Source: a virus (Duplodnaviria; Caudoviricetes). Taken from it: 28,363 nucleotides of DNA. Shown in pieces: positions 9,346 through 16,890 of this stretch. Within the stretch, counting starts at the first letter, position 1. The number at the start of each line of letters is the position of its first letter. The stretch is from IMG/VR virus record IMGVR_UViG_3300037524_000296, positions 1 through 28,363 of that record; one strand, written 5' to 3'. The translations under genes and the position numbers were made by a program. Below the pieces are notes generated by a model, which searched no databases, was not told the origin of the DNA, and saw nothing but the letters and a program-made list of their open reading frames with translations.

Positions 9346-9747
9346 TTATGTAGTTATATTTGGTGTAATTGTAAAACTGCCAGATAAGAAAGCACGCTTT
9401 GGAAAGTTCGCATTTCCTCTTAAATACATATCGTACATGTATTCACCTGCTCTAACCTTTGCTAAATCTGTATCTGATTTTACTAATTTAAATGTACCAC
9501 CACTTGCTGGCAATACTATACTTCCATCATCTGTGTTTAACTCCAAAACCACAAATGGACTATCTGGTTTTAACCTTACTTGTAATGTTGCACCAGTATA
9601 TGCACTAAAATCAAATTCAATATATGTATCGCCAGTCGTAGTACCAGAAATGTAATACGCTGTGATAGTGGCATTGAGTGTTCTTTGCTTGTTCAACACC
9701 AGATTATATTGAGAATCCTGTCTTAAATCAATGTTTTGGTATGGCAT
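9346..9747 (-). CDS. Small virion structural protein (fibre-attachment/baseplate-like Ig fold)
   Basis: DF..Y....QVR...D, G.Y.YD and L.G.F.I.P..T pattern typical of fibre-adjacent proteins. Confidence 0.55.
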   Translation of the reverse strand: MPYQNIDLRQDSQYNLVLNKQRTLNATITAYYISGTTTGDTYIEFDFSAYTGATLQVRLKPDSPFVVLELNTDDGSIVLPASGGTFKLVKSDTDLAKVRAGEYMYDMYLRGNANFPKRAFLSGSFTITPNITT

Positions 9748-9764
9748 AATTCTGTATTTATTTA

Positions 9765-9774
9765 TATAAACAAT
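9765..9774 (-). promoter_or_regulatory. Repeated late-promoter-like motif ATTGTTTATA
   Basis: Intergenic, ~18 nt before ATG 9747; same motif at 13919, 25051 and 25157, variant at 15530. Confidence 0.55.
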
Positions 9775-10326
9775 TTATTGTAGTTCGTATTGTCTTATTT
9801 TTGAATATGATTTGCATGTGTATGAAACCACATATTTGTTGTCTTCTCCATTAACACCAGTTTGCAATTCGAAATTATCAAGTACCATTGGTTGAGAATA
9901 TCCTACAATCCAATAATTATCATTCATATCTTCTATAAATGCTACCATATTTGAGATAGCAAATTCACCTGAATCTGTAAATAAGAATGATTTTAGCTGG
10001 TTATTCGTGGTTAAACTAAGCTGTGGCATTTCCCATGCCAATTTCTGATTGTAAAACCTACCTTGCTTACCAGTTGTTTCTTCTTCTATGCACGAAGCAT
10101 TAATTGGATAAACAATTCTATATTGAATATCCTGACTACCAAGAGTTATAGTTCTTCCAGTTTCATTATCACTTAACATAATTATGCTTTCATCATTGTT
10201 TTTCAATACAATATCCAATGGAAAGTCAAGTGGATTATCTGAATTGTCTCTTGTTGCAAGTTTCATTCTTTTAATGCCACCCATACTTGGGGCATTACAT
10301 AAGTCAAACATATTAATTGCTGCCAT
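9775..10326 (-). CDS. Tail-tube-fold paralog
   Basis: GGIKRMKLA, RFYNQKL, IEDMNDNYWIVG and TGVNGEDNKY align by eye with 14008..14526. Confidence 0.6.
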   Translation of the reverse strand: MAAINMFDLCNAPSMGGIKRMKLATRDNSDNPLDFPLDIVLKNNDESIIMLSDNETGRTITLGSQDIQYRIVYPINASCIEEETTGKQGRFYNQKLAWEMPQLSLTTNNQLKSFLFTDSGEFAISNMVAFIEDMNDNYWIVGYSQPMVLDNFELQTGVNGEDNKYVVSYTCKSYSKIRQYELQ

Positions 10327-13300
10327 TATTCAACATAATTAATTACATATGCCTCATCAATATTTGTGAGTAATTTATTTTCTGATACTGCAGTTATAGT
10401 TAATCCATAACCATTATCTTCTCCACGAAGTCCTGTCTTAAAGTCATATGCTGTTATCCTTGCGCCATGACGATAGCCACCAGTCCACCAGAAACCATCA
10501 GCATCCTGCATAATATATATCCATTTATTCTCTGGGTTTATGAGTGTAGCCATTTGTGTCCATTTTGTGGCATTTCCTGCTGCTACAGCCACTGTTAAGT
10601 TATCTGTGAAGATATATCCTTGTTTAACTTTTTCGAGTTTCTGGCTTAAATTAACAACCTTTTCTGCCACTGGAAGACGATACCACTGGATTGTACCACC
10701 TGAAAGTGATAAGTAATTCTTAATCTTTGTTGAATTAAAGAAACTTGTATCTGCAAATTCTAAGAAATAATCATCATCAGCAGTATTCCAGAAATTATAA
10801 TCTAAATCATTAGTCCAAGCTGCTAAATAAAGTTTCTTAATTCCACCTTGACTGAATCTTGGTAGTGAAGTTACACAATATGGTGTAAATATTTCAACTA
10901 AACAATCACATGTATCATCATGAATTGTAGCAGTATAACAACCTTCTGGTGCATTATCATATAAGAATTCGTTTTCAGTTATGCCAGATTGGGTATAGAA
11001 AACATTACCATTGGAATCATATATTGTAAGTGTATACGAATGTCCAGATATGAAATAATCCATATCATAATATAATCTGCCATTTGAATAATCGAATGGT
11101 CCACATTGTGATTGTTTAACTATGACATTATTTAATTCCAATGGTATTTCTCCAATAAAACTTGCTGCTATATATTGCACCCCATTAGCTTCATTTATTA
11201 TTCTGAATATATTTGAAGTTGGAGTGCCTGTAAATACATATGAAGTTTCTCCACTTGTTAATGTTGCGATTGTGTTCCAACTACCATAATTTTGAATTAT
11301 AGTTTTTTCTGGACAAATACCATTTGTCCAATTGAAATACATTGCACAATTATTAATTAAAACACATGTATAATCAGTTGGTGCTGTTGGTGTTAATGTA
11401 TATGCATATATACTTGCAGAAGTATAGCCAAAACCATAATCATTTACAACTGCTATTGTATATACATTATCTGGGTGTAAACCAGTTATTGTTGTTGCAG
11501 TCGTGCCACTTGGAAGAGTTTGTAGTATTACACTACCACCTGATAATGGAAACCACTTTACTATTTTATCTCCTTGGTGTATTCCAACATTTACCCAAGA
11601 TAAATCAAAACTATAACAAGTACTATTTGAATATGTTAATCCTGTTGGTGAGTATGGTACTGTATCTGTTACAAAGTTAGTTTCATTACCATAAAAAATA
11701 CCAAAATCTGTGGTTGCGTATGCTCTCACATAATATGTAGTACCACTTGTTAGTCCAGTTAAATTACTCGTGAAACTACCAACACCACTACCATCCAATG
11801 TATATGTGTCACCAGTTGTTGGATTTATGTTTGTGCTCCAACACACTCCTCTATTTGTGATTGTACATGTTGTACCAGAAAGAATTTCACCACCACCAAC
11901 AGCACTATCAAAAGCAATGTTATAAATATTTGCAGTGGTTATTGTTGGTGCTATGAATTCATTACTTGTATAGTATTTAGAAAATGGTGCAAAATTATTA
12001 CCTTTACCAAATAACCTTAAAGCTACTCTATATCTTTCATCATTAGTTATTGTTGTGTTCGCAACTAATGAAGATTTTAATACACATTGAGTATATCCAG
12101 TAAAGTTTTCTGTTGTAATACTTACCCAAGTACCACCAGAATATTTCTGAATATAAAACCAATAATATAGTTTAGAAGTATCGCCATAGTTATTATTTGT
12201 CCATGAAAATGTTGTTGTACCAGTAGTACCACTTAGATAATCAAAATCAGTTATTGTCGTACCTAAACTTGCTGTTGAAACTTGTTCAGTTGCTGTAGTG
12301 TAGCAATTACCTGAAGGTATATCAGTTGTATTAACTGCATTAAAATAATAAGTATATACAAAATCTGGTGTACAACCAGTTAATGTATAACCAGTTGTTG
12401 GTATGTTTGGTGAGTGAAGTTGAGAGACTAAATATGCAGTTATTCCACTCTCATAATAATCATCAAAATTTGTATATATGTCAGTTAATGGTTCTGGTAA
12501 TGTCCATGTAAAACGCACTGAATATTCATCAACTGTTGTTGCACTATAATTAGTTGGACAATAATTGGCAACATTTGTTGTTAAACTTCTTATTGTACCA
12601 TATCCAGTACCAGCACTGTTTGTTGCATATGCACGATAATAATATAAAGTATTTGGTGTTAAACCAGTAATTGAAGAAGTGAATGCGCCAGTGCCTGTAC
12701 CATTAACTGTTTTTGAGTTTGCTATCGTTGGTGTACTACCTGTGCTCCAACAAACGCCTCTTGCAGTAACAGCGTCATAACCTTGTGCAGTTACATTACC
12801 ACCAGAAGTAAATGTTCTTGTAGTTATTGCAGTACCAATTGTTGTTGTTACAGTGGGTGCTGCTAATGTGGTAAAACTTTGCTGATTACCATATGCAGTG
12901 CCTGTACTATTAGTAGCATATGCCCTAACATAATATAAAGTACCTGTAGTTAAACCAGTAATGTTTGAAGTAAAGTCTGCATCACCAGTACCATTGTTTG
13001 TCTTTGAATTTGCTATTGTTGGGTTTGCTGAAGTACTCCAACATACACCTTTTGCTGTAATACTACTTCCACCACCATCAATAATATCACCACCTGAAGT
13101 TGCACTATTTCCACCAATTGCACTTATTGCATTAGTTGTTAATGTTGGTACATATGTAGTTAATGTAGTTATTTGCCCCCAATCATTTAAATTATAGTAA
13201 TTTGTGCCTTTATCACTATAACTTATTGGGCGAATCATATATGTCTTACCTGCAGTTAAACCAGTAGCAGCAAGATTATAATAATATACACTTGAAGTGA

Positions 13301-13901
13301 TTGTTTTTAAACTTTTTCTGGCTGGATATGTGGACAAATAACTTGCTCCATCACTCCAAAAAGTTGCAAATGCTGCATCATCAGTGGCACACCAATAAAA
13401 CCCAGCTTGTGTTGGTACACTTCCTTGTCTGTGTTCCATGTACCACTTTGTTGAAAAACTTATTCTTGTTAAATTATAATATATATTACCATCTTTTGGC
13501 GTTTGATAATAGCTATTATCCCCAAATATTAATGGATAACTCGTTGTAGTTTTAAAACTCACTACACTCCCATATCCAGTACCATCTGCATTATTTGCAT
13601 ATGCTCGCACATAATATGTGGTGTTTGGAACTAAATAACAAGAGTCATGTGGAAATGGAAGTGGTACACCACATGGCGAAGTTTGTGGTTGTATATTTTG
13701 ATTAGTAAAACTACCAGTGCCACCACCAGCATTAGTAGCACCTTCATTATCACTTACTGTTGGGGTTGAATTTGTTTTACTCCAAAGAATTCCTTTAGCT
13801 GATACTGATTTACCACCATCTGAAGTACAATTACCACCACCTTTTGCACGAATTGGTTCTATGCTAAATACTGACGCTGTTGATATTGTTGGTACTGCCA
13901 T
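10326..13901 (-). CDS. Large Fn3/Ig-repeat virion protein with C-terminal tail-tube-like domain
   Basis: Four ~95-aa repeats (PT.TT...GG......G.CWS...PT......G.G...F...TGL....YY.RAYA....G..YG...FT), further Fn3-like and SprB-like units; C-terminus has GGIKKLYLA...IMQDADGFWWTGG...TGLRGEDNGY. Confidence 0.75.
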   Translation of the reverse strand: MAVPTISTASVFSIEPIRAKGGGNCTSDGGKSVSAKGILWSKTNSTPTVSDNEGATNAGGGTGSFTNQNIQPQTSPCGVPLPFPHDSCYLVPNTTYYVRAYANNADGTGYGSVVSFKTTTSYPLIFGDNSYYQTPKDGNIYYNLTRISFSTKWYMEHRQGSVPTQAGFYWCATDDAAFATFWSDGASYLSTYPARKSLKTITSSVYYYNLAATGLTAGKTYMIRPISYSDKGTNYYNLNDWGQITTLTTYVPTLTTNAISAIGGNSATSGGDIIDGGGSSITAKGVCWSTSANPTIANSKTNNGTGDADFTSNITGLTTGTLYYVRAYATNSTGTAYGNQQSFTTLAAPTVTTTIGTAITTRTFTSGGNVTAQGYDAVTARGVCWSTGSTPTIANSKTVNGTGTGAFTSSITGLTPNTLYYYRAYATNSAGTGYGTIRSLTTNVANYCPTNYSATTVDEYSVRFTWTLPEPLTDIYTNFDDYYESGITAYLVSQLHSPNIPTTGYTLTGCTPDFVYTYYFNAVNTTDIPSGNCYTTATEQVSTASLGTTITDFDYLSGTTGTTTFSWTNNNYGDTSKLYYWFYIQKYSGGTWVSITTENFTGYTQCVLKSSLVANTTITNDERYRVALRLFGKGNNFAPFSKYYTSNEFIAPTITTANIYNIAFDSAVGGGEILSGTTCTITNRGVCWSTNINPTTGDTYTLDGSGVGSFTSNLTGLTSGTTYYVRAYATTDFGIFYGNETNFVTDTVPYSPTGLTYSNSTCYSFDLSWVNVGIHQGDKIVKWFPLSGGSVILQTLPSGTTATTITGLHPDNVYTIAVVNDYGFGYTSASIYAYTLTPTAPTDYTCVLINNCAMYFNWTNGICPEKTIIQNYGSWNTIATLTSGETSYVFTGTPTSNIFRIINEANGVQYIAASFIGEIPLELNNVIVKQSQCGPFDYSNGRLYYDMDYFISGHSYTLTIYDSNGNVFYTQSGITENEFLYDNAPEGCYTATIHDDTCDCLVEIFTPYCVTSLPRFSQGGIKKLYLAAWTNDLDYNFWNTADDDYFLEFADTSFFNSTKIKNYLSLSGGTIQWYRLPVAEKVVNLSQKLEKVKQGYIFTDNLTVAVAAGNATKWTQMATLINPENKWIYIMQDADGFWWTGGYRHGARITAYDFKTGLRGEDNGYGLTITAVSENKLLTNIDEAYVINYVE

Positions 13902-13911
13902 AAACTATCTA

Positions 13912-13928
13912 TTTCTTATATAAACAAT
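13912..13928 (-). promoter_or_regulatory. Late-promoter-like motif ATTGTTTATATAAGAAA
   Basis: 17-bp exact match to 25044-25060; core lies ~18 nt before ATG 13901, directly downstream of a terminator. Confidence 0.6.
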
Positions 13929-13935
13929 ATCAAAT

Positions 13936-13981
13936 AAAAAGAGAGATACATTGGCTGTTAAACCATGTGTCTCTCTTTTTT
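13936..13981 (-). terminator. Intrinsic terminator after the major tail gene (possibly bidirectional)
   Basis: AAAAAGAGAGATACA...TGTGTCTCTCTTTTTT inverted repeat with a U tract on either strand. Confidence 0.75.
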
Positions 13982-14007
13982 GGATTTATAATGGAATTAT
14001 AAAGTGC

Positions 14008-14526
14008 TTACACTGCTGCTGCTACTGCTGCTGGGTCTACACTATTAGCATAACCAAGGTTACCACCAACTAATGTAATTGTTACTGCTGCATCATCAGC
14101 CTGTGCTGTACCAGAATCTATTGACAATACTGTTGCTCTTAAACCAGCACTAAGTGTTGGTTCACCATAGAACCAGTATAAGTCATCCTGTGTTTGAAGA
14201 ATCACGCTAAGTGTTGCATTAGCAAGTTCGTTCAACACATTTCGTTTTGCCTGTGTAACATTTGCAAGTTTCATGTTCAAAGTCTGGTTAACAAACCTTG
14301 ATACTGCACCAGCCTGAAGTTCTTCAAGTTTCTGTGCAGTGTTTGGTTCGTATTCGAATTCATACCATGTTGCACCTGTTGAAGTCATGGTGATACCTGT
14401 GATTTCACCATCTGCCTGTTTTGCAACTGCAGAAACTTCTTCAAAGTTTGCAAGATATACTTTCTTTAAACCACCAAACTGAAATCCACAACTTCTTGTT
14501 ACACCTGAACTTAATAAACAACTCAT
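14008..14526 (-). CDS. Putative major tail (tube) protein
   Basis: 172 aa directly after the capsid gene. MSC.L..G....C....GGLK.VY.. N-terminus, F..QTL and YW..G motifs resemble structural proteins of Flavobacterium-type siphoviruses. Confidence 0.6.
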   Translation of the reverse strand: MSCLLSSGVTRSCGFQFGGLKKVYLANFEEVSAVAKQADGEITGITMTSTGATWYEFEYEPNTAQKLEELQAGAVSRFVNQTLNMKLANVTQAKRNVLNELANATLSVILQTQDDLYWFYGEPTLSAGLRATVLSIDSGTAQADDAAVTITLVGGNLGYANSVDPAAVAAAV

Positions 14527-14568
14527 ATCTTTAAATTTTTTAAATAAATGTTATTTTTTATGTGTTGC

Positions 14569-15483
14569 TTATGCGTTGTAATATACAACTTCTTCTGGGT
14601 AAGCGATAGCCACATCAAGTTTCCACTTCATGATAAATCTTACTGATTCGTCACCAGTTGTCTGTCTCATGTCGATAGTTTTGATTTCGTTGAAATCTGA
14701 TTCCAAATCAGTAGCTACATAGAAGTTCTTTCTTTCGCCAATAACGATAATGTCGTCATCTGAAAGTCCAGAGATTGCTTTAAGTTCAATTCCATAAAGT
14801 GTTGGTACACCTGCTTCAATTGAAGTTCTAACACCCTGAGTTGCAAGATTCATTTCATACATAGCCAAAGTTCTGTGAGAAACGAAAATAACAAGTTCAT
14901 TCTTTGGTTTTGCAAGTACACATGCTGGTACTAATGCGTATGCTGCGTTAAGTAAGTTAACAACATTAGCTACAGTTACAGTTGCACCAGTTCCACCAGT
15001 GATACCATAAGCAGCAAGTGTATCTTCATAACCATCAAAACATGCACAATAAGTAGTTCCAGTTGCAGTACTGTCGTTCTGCCAGATAGCTTTTTCGATT
15101 TCCTGTGCTACTTCCTTAACATAACCTTCAGTTAAACCATCAACCAAAGCCTGTGGAAGATTTTCATTATGCATACCAGCAGCCATGTCTGCTGAATCCC
15201 AAAGCTGATACAAATCTTCAAAACAGATTTCTTCATTGATTTTCATTTCGCAAGGTTCTACAGAAGCCTCTGTGATTGTTACACCACTTGTTGCAGAGAA
15301 ATCGCAACTACCACATTGCACTATATTTCCAACAGCAAGTTTTTTGATTTTTCTTTTGTACTTAACATTGGTAAGCACGCTGATACCAGCAGTTGATAAA
15401 GTTTCACCACCCAATATACATGCAAGAATATATTTCTTTAACGCATCACCACAATAAGTACTTGTAATTGACATTGTTGCCAT
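14569..15483 (-). CDS. Major capsid protein
   Basis: 304 aa after the protease/scaffold; NVKYK..I, CDF...G..T, E..IWQ, FDG, TDL.SD.NE...IDM....G...VR, E.V.Y motifs of this MCP family. Confidence 0.85.
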   Translation of the reverse strand: MATMSITSTYCGDALKKYILACILGGETLSTAGISVLTNVKYKRKIKKLAVGNIVQCGSCDFSATSGVTITEASVEPCEMKINEEICFEDLYQLWDSADMAAGMHNENLPQALVDGLTEGYVKEVAQEIEKAIWQNDSTATGTTYCACFDGYEDTLAAYGITGGTGATVTVANVVNLLNAAYALVPACVLAKPKNELVIFVSHRTLAMYEMNLATQGVRTSIEAGVPTLYGIELKAISGLSDDDIIVIGERKNFYVATDLESDFNEIKTIDMRQTTGDESVRFIMKWKLDVAIAYPEEVVYYNA

Positions 15484-15529
15484 AATTATTAGTATTTAAT
15501 TTAAAATTTATTTTTTTGGTCTATATTAC

Positions 15530-15539
15530 TATAAACATT
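15530..15539 (-). promoter_or_regulatory. Variant late-promoter-like motif AATGTTTATA upstream of the capsid gene
   Basis: One mismatch to ATTGTTTATA; intergenic, ~47 nt before ATG 15483. Confidence 0.45.
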
Positions 15540-15556
15540 TGATTTATTTTTTTTCC

Positions 15557-16858
15557 TTATTTATCGAGTTTTAACCTCTTTAGAGTTCTTTCTAAATTAT
15601 TAAGTTTAGTGACATCCTCTTTTGGGTGATATTCACTATACTCTACAAATGCTGGTTTGGTAACTGGTTTAGCAAGTTGTGCTTTAAGATTCTCATTTTC
15701 AGCTTTAAGTGCGTCAATCTCAGCTTGTTTATCAGCTTCTGCCTTGAGTTTGATTTCTGTCCATGAAGACATAGCACCATATTTCAATTCACCATCCATT
15801 ACAGATACCATGATTGAAAAGTCACCATTCTTGTCAATTGGAATTAACTCACGAAGAGTTTTATCCAAATCAGATTTAACATTCTTTTTTTCTTCTTCTT
15901 CAGCAAGTTTCAAAGCAGCAAGTCTCGCTTCTTCAGCTAATCTTTCTTCTTCAGCTTTTTTAGCAGCTTTCTGTTCTTCTGACATTTCTTCTTCTGGAAG
16001 TGGTGCTGGTTCTTCTTCAGCTTCTTTTATTTCAGCAAGATTACCTTCTGTATCTACCACAAGAGTCCTGCCATCTTCAAGGATATATTCTCCTTCTGCT
16101 GCTGGCTCAGTTACTTCTTCACCAGCTTCGTCAACACTTACCCACAATACTGGTTGTCCTACTTCGCCAAAGCGTAATGACTTACCTGTTTCTGGTACTG
16201 CTACATCTTCTAAAGTAGTTTCCATTTCTGCAAGCAATGTTTTGAATTTGTCTATGAATTTATTGATTTTTGTCATGACTAAATTTAAATTATGTATCTT
16301 ATTATTTTTGCTTAATTTTAATTCTCTTTGTAATACAACCTCTACTGAGAATCCTTTGAAATCACCATCAACAGCTTTATCATATGATTCTGAATCATCA
16401 AATTTATATGATACAAACCATGCACCTTCAACAGCTTCTTCAATACCCATTTTCTTAACTGCCTCTACCATTTCTGGTGTACGCAAAATGAATGATTCTA
16501 TTAAATGTGCTTTGGCTTCTTCATCTGAATGTTGGAAATTAACATCCTTAGTTGTGCCTTTTGTAGCTTCTTTCATGAATTTATCCATTATCATTTCAAT
16601 GGTTTCAGCACTGAAATAACCTAAATACTCTTCTCCTGTTGAATCATCAACACGATAAATGAGTTTATCTGGTATTAATGCTAAACCAGCTACAATGTAT
16701 TTCTTGTCGTCTACTTTGAAATAAACTTTCTTCTTGTCAGCCTTATTGAATGCAATATATTCACTTTCAATTGCTGGCTTATCCACAAGTGATATGGCTT
16801 TCATACCCATGCTTTCATCTTCTGGATTTATAACGAATTCAAATATGCGTAAATTCAT
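15557..16858 (-). CDS. XkdF-like prohead serine protease fused to an acidic scaffold domain
   Basis: AISLVD.PAIE, ALIPDK.IYR, N..H, G.W....K and GFSVE motifs; C-terminal half has GEY.LEDGR.L.V...G and an E/A-rich coiled coil. Confidence 0.85.
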   Translation of the reverse strand: MNLRIFEFVINPEDESMGMKAISLVDKPAIESEYIAFNKADKKKVYFKVDDKKYIVAGLALIPDKLIYRVDDSTGEEYLGYFSAETIEMIMDKFMKEATKGTTKDVNFQHSDEEAKAHLIESFILRTPEMVEAVKKMGIEEAVEGAWFVSYKFDDSESYDKAVDGDFKGFSVEVVLQRELKLSKNNKIHNLNLVMTKINKFIDKFKTLLAEMETTLEDVAVPETGKSLRFGEVGQPVLWVSVDEAGEEVTEPAAEGEYILEDGRTLVVDTEGNLAEIKEAEEEPAPLPEEEMSEEQKAAKKAEEERLAEEARLAALKLAEEEEKKNVKSDLDKTLRELIPIDKNGDFSIMVSVMDGELKYGAMSSWTEIKLKAEADKQAEIDALKAENENLKAQLAKPVTKPAFVEYSEYHPKEDVTKLNNLERTLKRLKLDK

Positions 16859-16890
16859 ATTTCTGATTATATTAATATTAACAATTATTT

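Noticed and set aside
4876-13901. Diversity-generating retroelement or invertible fibre cassette
   Set aside because: No reverse transcriptase or invertase in the window. The repeats differ mainly at synonymous positions rather than only at adenines, and are direct rather than inverted.
15657-16619. 320-aa plus-strand ORF
   Set aside because: Antisense shadow of the E/A/K-rich protease-scaffold gene; Ser-rich mirror composition and no motifs.
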